Shown one piece after another: positions 40,272 through 52,929 of a stretch of 64,000 nt of DNA. Positions within the stretch are counted from its first letter, which is position 1; every line of letters begins with the position of its first letter. Position numbers and translations under genes: made by a program. This DNA comes from Vicugna vicugna (Eukaryota), in contig MU061579.1 of assembly GCA_013265495.1 (NCBI GenBank), positions 4,773,146 through 4,837,145 of the forward strand, written 5' to 3'. The notes beneath the pieces were generated by a model. That model made no database searches. It saw nothing but the letters and a program-made list of their open reading frames with translations, and was not told where the DNA came from.

Positions 40272-40852
40272 TGTTACCCCAAAAAGGTAAATGCGTCGGT
40301 TCTTGTCATACCCAAAAGACAAGTTTGCAGTTGGGAGACAGAGCATTGGGAAGCGAAGGATTTCAAAGATTTATTTAAAAGGAAAGGAAAAGTACACCCC
40401 CAAGAATGGGAGGCAGGCTGATTCAAGAGAGGAAAAAGTGGCTGTTTTTATCTCCGTTTCCCTTATACCCTTGCTTAGAGGTGGTCTCTTGATTGATTGA
40501 TGGCTCTTGTCCCTGGAGTGCTTAGTCATGCTTGGCCCCTTTGCGCATGTCCTCACCCACAGTGTACACAGAAAAACCATGGTGGAGGGGTGCTAACCAC
40601 AATGTTAATTATAATACAATGAACATTGGTTGTGTCAGGTTAAGTCCTTTCTGCTACCGCGCAGTCATGGCTATCGGTTTTAACCAGTGTTGTTTTTGTT
40701 GTGTTTTTGTTTTTGTTTTTGTTTTGCTGCCACTCACTTAGAAGAAGTAAAGTCCCTTTATGCTAGAGGTAGGCATAACGCCACCTTCCAGACCATCCTC
40801 CTTCTCCTCCACCTACCTGCCCGGTGCCCCTACTTATCTTAACTACCTAACA
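40272..40852 (-). mobile_element. Solo LTR, ERV1-class, 581 bp, with 4-bp TSD
   Basis: Terminal inverted TGTTA...TAACA. TSD CTTT at 40268-40271 and 40853-40856. On the minus strand: CCAAT (40625-40629), TATAA (40463-40467), AATAAA (40370-40375) in U3-R-U5 order. More GC- and CpG-rich than the flanks. Confidence 0.88.
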
Positions 40853-41289
40853 CTTTCTTGCCCCAAATCTATCCTCAGATAGGTGAAAAAAACAAAAACC
40901 AAAAACTCTGAGAAATCTTTGGGGAAACTGAGAGTAGATATTAACTCTTGTAGATGTACCTGAGTTAGAAGGTGGCAACGGTAATGTATTGAAGGAAATA
41001 TCAATTTTGTTCATGTTTTCCTAATTACCATGTGAGAATCACTACCTGACACTTTGACAGAGAAGTCAGAAGGAACCAGACCATAGATTTCAGTGGGATC
41101 CAGGATCCTGAAAGAGCTCACATAGAAAGAGAAATTGATGAACATTCTTGAGACTGGCAACTTGGCAATGACTAGTGAAAACTTGGCTAACTCCACCCAC
41201 TTTGCCAAACTCCTATGGTAGATTACCAGCTAGAAAGAATGCCACTTTTCAGCACTAACTTTTAATTTAAGAGTTTACAGTTCATATGT

Positions 41290-41790
41290 CCTTCTGACTA
41301 TGATAGAGTAACAAAGACCAAAATTACCTGTCACCCTTTCTCCTTAAACAACCAAAAATAAATAAACTGGAGACAATATATGAATATACAAACAAGCAGT
41401 TTTCAGACATTTCAGAACAGGGAAGTGATCCCTGAAAGAAAAGAAACAAACAAGGTGAGCCCTACAGTTGTCTCAGCTGATGCCCTGGGGAGAGTTTCTA
41501 GGCAGCAAGTGAAACTAAATAGAGCCAGAAGCCTCCCTAAGTTGAGGAGACAAAGCTCAAGGAGGCAGCGTCAGCTACATTCAGCTCATGGGGCAGAGTC
41601 CCGAGAGAACAGCGCTGCAGGGAGAAAGGGCTCTGGGGACTTTAGCTGAGTGCTTATTTTATTGAATTTTATTAACAACTATCAAAGCCAGGAAAGAACC
41701 AACAGAAGGGAGCAATGGAACAATGGCTAGAGTTCACCCAAGGCCTGGGATAGATTGTGGTTCCACCAGCCAGAGTGGAAAGATACTCAC
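41290..41790 (+). mobile_element. Old L1M 5'-end-like sequence (L1MC/MD 5' region)
   Basis: 'cttctgactatgatagagtaacaaagacca', 'gtgatccctgaaagaaaagaaacaaacaaggtgagccctacagttg', 'gcctccctaagttgaggagacaaagc' resemble L1M 5' UTR consensus. Confidence 0.65.
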
Positions 41791-42325
41791 AAAAAATGAC
41801 AATATATGCCCACATAAAGACTTGTACTCAAATGGTTAGAGCAGTTGTTTTTCCCCTCTAATAGCCCCAAACAGGAAATAACCCAATGTCCACCAATGGG
41901 TGCATAGATTAAAAAATTACAGTGTATTCTATCCATAAACTGGCATACTGCTCAGCCATAAATAATGAACAGAATATTGATACACAGTCATTATCCTAAA
42001 TGAAAGAAGCCAGACAAGAAAAGAGTACACACTATGTGATTTTATTAATATGAGCTTCCAATAAATGCAAACTAATCTGCAGTGACACAAAACAATCATT
42101 TGCTGTCTGAAGCATGGGTTTTAAAAAAGAAAATTATAAAAAGTCATTAGGACATTTGGGGGTGATGAATTATTCATTATCCTAACTTTATTGATGTGTT
42201 TATTCTGTATATTTACATTAATATTCATTAATGTTAATATTGATTTTAAATATATGCAGTTTATCTTACATTATTTGGTTTTTTTTTTACAGTTTTATTA
42301 ACTTATACCTTAAAATCTATAAAAT
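41791..42325 (+). mobile_element. Old L1 ORF2 end and 3' UTR (L1MD/ME-like)
   Basis: 'atatgcccacataaagacttgtactcaaatg', 'tagccccaaacaggaaataacccaatgtccacc', 'aatgaaagaagccagacaagaaaagagtacacactatgtgatt'. Confidence 0.8.
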
Positions 42326-45300
42326 ATAATAGAATCAATGGAGAAGGGCTTTATTTTATGTTATATCTACTTATAAATGTCTGATAGAAAGGTTAAGATT
42401 AATTTGTTAGTAGAGTAGTTACTACCACGCTGGTAATATTTATTTATTAATATAATCAATAGAAATTCACAGATGTTTTACAATTTATCTTCCTTTTATG
42501 AGAGTCTAGAATCAATCAGTTTGTCAGGCAACATCACCCACAAAATAGAAAATATGACATGTTACCTGCTAGTAATGAGATTTCACAAGCACATTTAATT
42601 CACAAACATGACCTCCAGAAAAAAAGAGAATAGTTGCTTTCTAATGGGTTTATACGAAATTATTTTTTCTAAATATCTTTCTGTCACATATTCGTCATTA
42701 ATAACATCCTTTATAAAATAAAAAGTAGAATCCCTGATTTGTTTTCCACTTACAGAATGTACTGGAAAGTTCTCTGTCAATATTGTTCTAACTTTGCGAA
42801 GACAGTGTTTTTTAATCTAAATGATTTTTCTGCTGCTAGCAGCATATGCAATCCCAAGATAAACAACTACTATGCTGACTAATATTTTGCTTCTAACAGA
42901 AAGGCAGCAACTTGATAAATCATAAGTAAATGAGTGCAAACTATGATTTTATTTGAATTTAATTTCTCCTCACAGAATTTTTTAAGGAAGCCATCATATT
43001 TTACTCATACTGTTGTTAGTATCATGAATTATAATGATACTGCCTCTGCTCTGGCAAAGCTTCTAGAAAGGGCTTCGTAAACAATTATGTAAGTTGCATA
43101 AAGGGATACGTATGATGGACCGATCTATTCATATTTTTAAGAGGATTCAGCCAAAATAAGTAAAAAGTAAAAGAAAACTGACAGAAATTTGGGAACATTA
43201 TTAAACTGGATAATTTGGTGTTTATCAGAAGAAGCAGAATCTTTACTCTTATTTCCTTTTTCAAACAAGAACTGCTTCCAAATCAGCAGAGTTAAAATAT
43301 CAATTAGTATTTACTATAAAGCAGCGTCAAAGAGGACACAAACAATGGATTGCAGTGTTCCCAGTTTATGAGAACATACGTTGTTTCCTTTACTGTGGGG
43401 TGAATTTATTAAACATAAAACTCGTATGTTTAGCTGCATGGCAACTTCATTTACAATATTCGATTCCATGTCATTTAGATACCAACATTTTTTTCCTAAT
43501 TCACATTTTACCTCTACAGTGGATTTAGGTCAATAAGCCATCTCTTCAACAAAGCCAGAACCAAACAAACTTGTTTGGGAGTATCCACAAATCCATTCTA
43601 CCTGTTGTCTCTCCCACAGATTTCATCAGTTTTCCCCCCCGCCGCATAAATGCAGCACGATTCTGTATTCTACAGCTCCATCTTGTGTCATGCTGTTATT
43701 GAAAATGATTTCCTTTTTCCTCTGAGCTGGGTAATTTTATTTCTGCTCTTTGAGGACACTGAATGATGACAAGGTGGGCTAAATGTAAGTGCTTGGACAA
43801 ATATTCTGAACAAATGTTAATAATGGCCAGATGGGAGCTGCAACTAATGTGAGATGCACGTGGGGCTCTTTCAATCAAGCTCACTGGTAAACGGCTTCTC
43901 AGGGCATCACCTTTCCTGTCTCCTTTCCTCCCAGTTCCTGTGTGACAAGTGCCATCAGTGGTCTGCAGACAACACTCATTCTTTCTCTTTGTATTCCTTC
44001 TTCGAAAACAAAATGGGTCTTGACAGTGGATTTTTCTTACCAGCATGTCCACTTTTCACTATGTCCAATTTTTTGTATATGACATGCTGGTTAGTTTGAG
44101 AAAATGGTATTGTTCAGACTTTTTTTTTTTTTTTTGGCTAGTGTGTTTACCAAGTTAAACTTAAAATGTACAAGTCTGTACAGTTTAAGAAACATTTCCT
44201 GAAAGTCCCTGAGACAGGGCCACTACTGAGAAAAGCTGAAAGCACAGATTTTCGTCAGTGGAGCATGAAGATGACTAAGAAAATGACCTCAATTTAGCAT
44301 TTTAAGTGATCCAACTGCAACAGCAGTAGAAACCGTTATAGGCAAATTGTATGCTCTTTCCTTAATATTTCGACTTTCTTTTAATTGCATATAATTGTCC
44401 TTGGGTTCCTGAAAAAATCATTCACTGACAATTATACATCCAAAGAATGAGCTGGGTTTTTTAATAAGAATAATGTAACTATATTTTTAGCCATTCAAAT
44501 ACAAACAACACTGTTACCAAAACTTGAATAAGGTTTATACAATTTTAAGCACATTGTGAATACTCAAATTTTTAAATATAAAGATATCATTACTTCACGT
44601 AGCTAATATCAACTGGTAGGAAAAAAGAAGTCATTCCAATAAAATTTAATTGCATTTGTCAAACAGGCAGTGCTATTATTTAAATGTGCTTTTATGTCTT
44701 ATTTGGGAAGATATCTATGGTTTTACTTAATTCCTGAGAGGATAATGGATTAACCCAGATAAAAAAATACTGCTCATTGTTATAATTTTTGTAGTTCGAA
44801 GTTTGAGAGGTATTAAAAGTTAACTCGATACATAAATGTTTCATTTATTCATCTATCCCCCTTTTCATTTTCACTAACAAATTAAAAAACATCGTGCTGT
44901 TCATGGGGATCGTGGTGTCGGTATGTGGATGTGTGCCTGTGTGCTTTTTTTGAAGAAACAATCAATTCTTTATTTTCAATACAAGCATTATCTTAACCAA
45001 CTGCAATTCATTGTGAATGACTAACTTTGGCACAAACTATTGAATGAATTATCCAAAAGTTCTCCAAATTGTTAATGTTTCATGATATCAATCCCACTGC
45101 TTGGAAATTACTTCTGATAAATATGGCTTAGACCATAATTAACTTTATCTACATAAGACTTACATTGTTTAAAATACTAATGAAAATTTTAAAACGCATT
45201 GTATGCCACATTCTATATAATGGGTGATTAATAGTAGATTAATTCTTATTTAAAACTTGTCTCTCATCTATGTGCAAAAGCAATAGAAGCAACTCACACT

Positions 45301-46867
45301 AAATTGCAGTGCTAGATAATCACACTAAATAGTAAAACAGAACAGATATTATTTCTCGACAGAATGATTTAATAATCCAAGATTACCAACAAATAAATGC
45401 AGTTTAACTTCGTGAGAAAAAAAAAGAGGTTTAATCTGCTTCTTCAGGAACATACGTGTTTGAGTATATGTATATTTCTCACTTTTATCTTAAATTCCAT
45501 GCACTTATAGGAACTCCACAATAATAACCATAAAAAAAACCTTTATGTAACATTTTGGAGTGTGAAGACAATGGCATTAAACTAGTAAAATCTTTGATGT
45601 CTGGGCTAGGCAGCAATACAGATGAAAGAACAAGAATTATAGGGAGAAAGTAGAGTGGAGTCTGCTCTCTACCATATGAAAAGAGCTCATGAAAGCAGTG
45701 CCCCACTCTATGTAAGTCAACTCCCCCAAAATAACCCCATCCTTTCCCACCTCTAGACAGACTCTTACTAACATTTTTTAGTAATGTTGATAATGCTTAT
45801 TGACTTTGGTCTTCATCTTCAGATTTCACAGAGGAAATAACACAACCCTAAGAAGCTTGAAGAACAAACCATCGTATTGTGACATTTTTACACTCAAACC
45901 ATTCTTGGTTCTGAATCTAAGAAAGAATCTAAGAAAGAAGAGAAAGCTAATTAACTAAAATAATACTCAGAATCTCACATGCAACCACTGGAATGCACAC
46001 ATGTAGGACAAAATGATTCTTGGTAAAATTAAGAATCCTTGGCTTTCCTTAGGACTGCTATTGGTAAGCTCTGATGAGACTAGGACTCATCCAAACCTTA
46101 CTGTATTACTCACAGGAGGAAAATGAACCATACTCTGTTTCTTCTTTTTATTCCTCTTTTATTCTGAAATACTTCAGGTTTCTCCTCTTGAACCTACCAT
46201 TTAAAATTTTATCAATTTCGTTGAGATATAATTTTAAAAAGACAGTACAGTCTCTAACATACTCAACAGATCTAAGGTAACACCACAGTGCTGTAACTCA
46301 AGACACCCAACACTTGTCACATTTCCCTCTCAGCGCAATTATTTTTAATTATTATTTTTCAAGTAACAATTCTTAGTGCCTGCTGTGTGTTAGAAATATT
46401 GTAAGAAACTTTCAAATAAACGAGTATGTAATACACATTCTGTGTTTGGGGACACACACTCTAGATGAGGAAAGACACATATATTTGGTGATTTTTAAAA
46501 ATGTACTTTTTGTTTAAATAATATAATAGCCTCAGAAGATAAGTTAAGGTCTGGGTGAAAAAACTCAGATATTATGTGAGGTTTGTTATTTTCTGTGCTT
46601 TAAAGGATTAGAAAAAATTCATCTTTTAATTAGCATACATAAATGGATAACTGATGTAGAACATTTTCAAATCCAAATAGACTGAGGCACAGATTTGTTT
46701 ATTAGTATTAAAATTAAGCAATTTTTTCCTCCCTTAACTTGAAGTTTGGTTGATATTACAAAAGTATCCATACTGACTCCTCTATCAATTCAGATATATA
46801 AGCAATACCCCAAAATTTTAAGATGGCTATTTAATGTAATAGCACCAATAATCAATAACACATAAAT

Positions 46868-46887
46868 ACACACACACACACACACAC
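46868..46887. repeat. (AC)10 microsatellite
   Basis: Read directly from the sequence. Confidence 0.95.
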
Positions 46888-47931
46888 TTCACTATTAGCC
46901 TTGAGATTTGACAATTATTTGAGAGTTTGGAAATTTATTTCAAGTTGCTTATCATTAAAAATAATAAAAATAAATGTTACATTTGGTGGCAAAGAGTCAC
47001 TTTCTAGTGATAATTTTATTTATATAGTCAGAGCATTTTAAACTAAATTCTTAGTTTTAAAAAAGATGGCTTGTGTATTAATTTAGAGGCTGTAGGACTT
47101 AATTACCCTTTTCAGTTTTCACTAAAAAATGTCTTTATGTGGGTTGTAAAAAGTTCTTAGCTAAACAACTGCTGAATCATTTTCCTCTTTAAATAAACTC
47201 AGCCTTTTAGCTTTTTCTTAGAAAAAAACATAGATTTTCTTCGGAGGTTAAATAAAATTCTTATTCCATTTGGACATTTTAGGTTCCTGCTGCTTTTTTA
47301 AAAAGGTAATAATGGAATAGTAAGCTACAGTTGATTTTTGTTTTATCATATCAGCTATATCTGTTTGGGTTTCTTCATAAATGACTTAAAATACTTCAGC
47401 TACATATTCTGACAAAAGCTCATTTCTTTTACAATACATATTTAAATATTCTTAAAGTATGACCCTTGTTGGTTTCCAATACACAGATATGAAACTTCTG
47501 ATGTAATAATTTACACAGTATAAATTTTATTTTCTCAGACTAGAGTAACTGAACTTTAAATATATGGAGAACATAAAGGGACGCAGATTGTGCAATCCAT
47601 TTTGGAAATTTTACCCTGCTTCTGAAATTTCTACTTATCAAGTTAAATATAATTCCAAGATAACATTTTTAAAATATTTACTAAAAACAATAATTCACAA
47701 TAGAAGGTTAGCATACTATTTGATATGAAATATGAAATTTTGAGCAAATAGTTATTTTTTAGAATTAAGTAATTTTATTTTCTTTTCCATTGGAGAGTTT
47801 TATATGGCTGTCAAGGAAGTTAATTCCATTCCCCCTGCTCCTTCTTACAGGACCTAAAACATAATAGGAATTTAGTAAGCGTTTCTTGATTGAATGGAAA
47901 AAAAAGAATATATTTGTAATATGTAGTTACT

Positions 47932-48642
47932 TTTTATTTTAAAATTAATAGGCTTTATTTTTGAGGATTTTTAGGTTTATAGAAGAATTGAGTAGAACTT
48001 AGAGAAAATTTCCATATACTTCCACCTCTTGCCTCCCATCCCTAATTTCCCCTATTATCAATTTTTTGTATTGTAAAATCTATGGGTTTTGAAAAATGTA
48101 CAGTGACATGTACTTGCAATTATGGTAATTATGGTATTATGCAGAATAGTTTTACTGCCCTGAAAATCCCCTGTATTCCACCTATTCATCTTTCTCTCCC
48201 TCCTCCCAACACCTGGCAACCACTGGTCTTTTTATTTTCTCTGTAGTTTTGCCTTTTCCAGAATGTCATATAGTTTGAATTCTATAGCATATGGCCTTTT
48301 TTTTCCAGACTGACTTCTTTCTCTCAGTAATATCCACTTTTTTTTGTGGTTTGATATCTCCCATCTTTTTATTGTTAAACAACATTCCACTGAATGGATG
48401 TACCATAGTTTGTTTATCCATTCATCTATTGAAGGACATTCTCGTTGCTTCCAGTTTCAAGCAATTACAAATAAAGCTGCTATAACCGTTTATGCACAGG
48501 TTTGTGAGGATGGACGTTTTTCAGCTCTTCTGGGTAAACACCAAGAAACATAACTGCTGGATCACACAGTAAGTGTATGTGCAGCTTTGTAAGAAACTTC
48601 CAAACTGTCTTTCAAAGCAACTGCACCATTTTGCATTTCTTT
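47932..48642 (-). mobile_element. L1MC-like 3' end
   Basis: Reverse L1 3' terminus 'ggctttatttttgaggatttttaggtttatagaagaattgag', 'cctggcaaccactggtc', 'gtttgtttatccattcatctattgaaggacatt', 'ccaaactgtctttcaaagcaactgcaccattttgcatt'. Confidence 0.88.
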
Positions 48643-49547
48643 CCAATTCACTTCTGTCTTCTTTATTGATAGATATTTACATATTGGACAGAGCTGTACA
48701 CAAAACAATCTACATTGTTTATACACTTATATTCTTAATCATAATTTTTACTATATGGCTATGTTTGTAAAATATTAGGTCTGGGAGTCTCTCTTTGTCT
48801 CTCATACAGCTTCTCTATGTAGAAGAGAATGATCAGTGGCAATGCTGCCTGAATGATAAACTCTAGAAAAGTATTCAGTTGTGCACAAAGGCAGCTCTGA
48901 TTTCTCAGATGTTCTAATAGTACATTTGCTTCCATTTTCCTTCTCTGTTAATATTAAGGGAAGCTTTAACAATTCAGTTTCTTATTTTCAGTTATTCGCC
49001 AGTTGACAAATGTCATGTGCTTTTGAAACCAATCACATTTCATTCACACTTGGAGGAAAAAGCATTCTTACTTTTTGGAGTGCAGTCCTTTTGTTATAAT
49101 TGAAAAAAAATGTAGCAAAACTTCTGTTTATCTTGGAAGTAATAGAGATGTATGTGTATATGTATACGTATGTACCCACACGTTTCTAAAGAAAACATAG
49201 AGGAAGTCAGAAATTCTGATGTTGCAATAGTAGATGTATCTTTTGAAAATTTTGAAGAAAATGCAGCAAATATCCTAAAACTTCTAAATTCAGCTTGTCA
49301 TAGAAGAAGAGTAAATAACACTTTCTGTGGTGCCTGTGAAAAAATGTAGGCATGTACTGATACTGCCAGAGAAAATTTGTCTTAGAATTATAAAATATTC
49401 TGACTATTTATAATTTTATGTTGCCATGTGGCATAAAATTTCACATACAGCTTGCATTAAGGGCTTTATCTGAACTTCCAGTTAGAGATAATGCCACCCT
49501 GGGTGATAGGCTGAGGGTGAAGAAAGGCAAATAAGAGGAAATGTGGA

Positions 49548-49891
49548 GAATGTCATTCTAAGTGAAGTAAGCCAGAAAGAGAAAGAAAAATACCATATGA
49601 GATCGCTCATATGTGGAATCTAAAGACTCATGGACAGAGAATACAGACTTGTGGTTACCAGGGGGGTAGAGGGTGGGAAGGGATAGACTGGGATTTCAAA
49701 ATTGTAGAATAGATAAACAAGATTACACTGTATAGCACAGGGAAATATACACAAAATGTTATGATAAATCACAGAGAAAGAAATGTGACAATGAGTGTGT
49801 ATATGTCCATGAATGACTGAAAAATTGTGCTGAACACTGGAATTTGACACAACATTGTAAAATGATTATAAATCAAAAAAAAGTTAAAAAA
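49548..49891 (+). mobile_element. Very short young 5'-truncated L1 (same family as 30207-31890) with perfect 15-bp TSD
   Basis: TSD aagaggaaatgtgga at 49533-49547 and 49892-49906. Last ORF2 codons ENVILSEVSQKEKEKYHMRSLICGI*, 3' UTR and A tail. Confidence 0.96.
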
Positions 49892-50020
49892 AAGAGGAAA
49901 TGTGGAAGACATACAAGAAATAAACTCATAAAAAGAGGGTCCTCAATTATCAGAAAACTTGAATTTTGGATTTCAAGCAAAGAGCATGCAATTTGGAATT
50001 TCTATTATAAAACATGGCAT

Positions 50021-50395
50021 ATTATTTTAATCAGTTCAAGCTACCAGACAGAAACACCACAGACTGGCTAACTTAAACAAAAGAAAATTATTGCTCATAG
50101 TTCTGGAGGCTGGAATGTCCAACATCAAGGTTCTGGCAAAGTAGGTTTCGTTCTGGGGCCTCTCCTCTGGGTTTGTAGGCAGTCCCCATCTCATCGTGAG
50201 CTCTTTGTGTGCACCTGGACAAAGAGCTTTCTGATGTTTCTTTTTAGAAGGACCATACTGTCAGATCAGGGCCCTACCAATGTCACCTAATTTAGCCTTA
50301 ATTATCTCCAAAAGACCCTGTCTCCCAATATGGTTATGTTGTGGGTTAGGGCTTCAACCTATGAATCTGAAGGAGACATAATTCAGTCCATGACA
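50021..50395 (-). mobile_element. MaLR solo LTR (MLT1A-like)
   Basis: 'caccacagactggctaacttaaacaa...ttgctcatagttctggaggctggaatgtccaacatcaagg', 'gggttagggcttcaacctatgaat...attcagtccatgaca'. Confidence 0.88.
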
Positions 50396-51499
50396 CATAT
50401 CAAATCTCAGATTAAGGGAAAGCATGTGGAAGCTGTAATTTGTTGTTTCAGGGTCTACATAAATGGCTGTCTACACAGTCAGAGTCTGTTTGTTAGATTC
50501 ACAGCATATAGGCCACACTGGTCCCCGTGGTAAACAGTGAGTGTATAATGGTACGCTTTCCTTCTGAGCTCCAATTTAGTTTAAGTCCTCTTCAATCACC
50601 ATCCCAACTTAGTGAAGATGGACCGTGAGAAGCCAATCCGCCATCCCAACTGTGGTGAAGGAGTAATGTAGCACAGGTTTATGGGAGGTAATCATAGTGC
50701 ATCTCTCAAAAAGGAGATACAAGAATTTTTAAAATGACACTTCCCCTAGTTTTAAAGCCACCAGACAGTTTCCAGAGCTGCCAGTGAACTATAGCCCAGA
50801 CAAGCTGGACTTGCGACTGCGTATTTAGTAGCAACTTTTAAGAGATCCAGGGGTGGTTTCTAAGTGAAGCAGAGTCCACATTTTGAAGCAGAATCTCACA
50901 TCTATTCCACAGAGTGAAGGATCCTACATAGAATTAGTATGATGTCAAAATATGACATTTCCTTTTTCACAGGCAAAATATTTTACTTGTATTTTAATTA
51001 ATATTTTCGGTAACTTCTTACTTGAGTCGTATGAGAAAGTCAAATAAATGAGATGTGCGGCATATAATTTTACAGCTGTGGCAGAAACTTCCTGTCTTTC
51101 CCATAAGTTGTGATCCTTCTGATCATAGTATGCAGAAATACAATTCTGAGATTATTGTTGTACATTTTTCCTTAACAGAAATTGACTTCTAAAATACTGG
51201 GATGTGGCTTTCAGGTGGTATAAAAAGTTCAAATATTTTTAATCAAATCATGTTTGAATATTTGTTAAATTTTCAATATACATAGTTGTCAAATTTATCT
51301 ATATACATATTGAAGTAACTAATATGTAACAGAACTGTGCCATGTACTTTCATATGTATTATCCTATTTAATATATTAAAAAATCATATTTAATAGATAT
51401 TGCTTCCTTTAATTTATATAAGGCAGCAGTATTTTTTATTATATTGAATTGTTAGATATATATATTCCATGTAGATATATATATTCCATTTGCAACAGC

Positions 51500-51950
51500 A
51501 AATTGCAATATTTGAAAATCACCAATAATCTGTTATCTCAGAAAATTATTAATATTTGCTCACATATATTTCAGTTTTATCTGCTTATTTAATACAGTAA
51601 TTATTTGCAGGTTAAAACAGTATAACAGAATTCATTCTAGCATTTATCTAACTTCAACTTAACACTTATGAATACATTTCCATTATTATTACAAGGCACA
51701 TTGTCACTTTTTAGATGTTGAGTAGCTATTAAAGGATGTATCATGGTTTATATAACGAGCAATCACTTGGGAGAATTTATATGGTTTTTAATATTTTGTT
51801 ATTATAAATAACTCTATAATAATTTTATTCTAATTTATTTCCATAGGTAAATTTGGAAATGGTATTAATATATCAAAGAAAAATCACATTTGAATTTTAA
51901 TACATATTCTCAAATTGTTCTCTACTTTTTCTTTCACCAAGAGTCACCAG
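51500..51950 (-). mobile_element. Old L1ME-like fragment
   Basis: 'aaaggatgtatcatggtttatataac', 'aatattttgttattataaataactctataataa', 'atacatattctcaaattgttctc'. Confidence 0.5.
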
Positions 51951-52399
51951 CTCTTATTGAGAAAATGAGACACCACCTGACACCATTCTAGCACCGAATT
52001 ACCTTGAAATTTTTAAGGGGGAATTTGCAGGAGGAAGCCTAATGAATATCACATCATAGTAGGATATAAATAGTCACTACTGGCTATTGTATCCTGATCG
52101 ACATCTTTTTAATTTCTGATACAGGTAAACCCTTAGAATAACATCAAGTACACTAGACCCTGTTTGCACAAAACAAAGAAATACTGAACATCATCAGTGC
52201 TCTGAGATATAGTAAGCAATACTGAAACAAGCAGAAGACATGTCATTCTGCTTGTTCATGTATCCTTTTTGAAGCCAAGATAATTAAAATAACATATAAC
52301 TTGGGAGCAAAATTTCCACTCATAGGTATATATTTAAATGTGTGAATTCACTGAATCAGGTTCTAGATTTCTCTAAACAGAAAACTATATATTTTTTTC

Positions 52400-52830
52400 C
52401 CTTGGCACTATGCATAGGTTCTTGTTAAAACAGTTTAGGCGTCCTTCTTCTATGCTTCCATAATATCCACTGTGCATCGAACCTGTCTCCTCCCCAAGTA
52501 TCACCAAGGATGATGCAGCTTCCGGGAAAACGCTTAGTACTATTTTTCTTGAGTCTCTCTAATGCTCAGTGCTGGTAAATGATCAACAAATGAAAAATGA
52601 TTGTTCATTTTCTTCCTTGCTTTATTTTTCTCTACAGTACTCAGTATCTCGATATTTTGTATAATTTTCTTCATGATTTCTTTACCACTTACTGTACCCA
52701 ATTCTAGACCAAAAGCGTGGTGAGGGCATGGGTTTCTGCTTTGGTCACTACTCTAGCATTACACAGAATAATGGCAAACATGCAGAAATGCAATGGATAT
52801 TTTGAAATTAATTGAATGATTAAATGAACA
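52400..52830 (+). mobile_element. L2 3' end fragments (two termini)
   Basis: Termini 'cagtgctggtaaatgatcaacaaatg' and 'aaatgcaatggatattttgaaattaattgaatgattaaatgaa'; 'gagggcatgggtttctgctttggtcactact'. Confidence 0.55.
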
Positions 52831-52929
52831 CATGTGTGATCTGGCATTTCAAATGACTATATGGAAATATAATACGATGTAGACTTAAGTATTATTTCAT
52901 GTTAAAGAATGAAGTATGATTTTGAAAAT

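Noticed and set aside
43696..44052. Longest ORF in the track (118 aa, minus strand)
   Set aside because: Non-ATG start, no recognisable domain, and overlapped by an equally uninformative plus-strand ORF.
44889..44932. Possible pre-miRNA-like hairpin followed by a T run
   Set aside because: Pairing depends on many G-U pairs and bulges, and the stem is too short.
45913..45936. 12-bp tandem duplication GAATCTAAGAAA x2
   Set aside because: Real but an ordinary slippage event.
49152..49349. Protein-like ORF (…SKENIEEVRNSDVAIVDVSFENFEENAANILKLL…)
   Set aside because: No recognisable family or convincing splice sites. It starts in a (TA/TG) low-complexity tract and its length is within chance expectation.
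49412..49440. Imperfect inverted repeat with an RFX half-site (aattttatgttgccatgtggcataaaatt)
   Set aside because: Short, AT-rich and bulged; expected by chance.
52520..52528. STAT site TTCCGGGAA
   Set aside because: Isolated 9-mer inside decayed L2 sequence; not significant alone.
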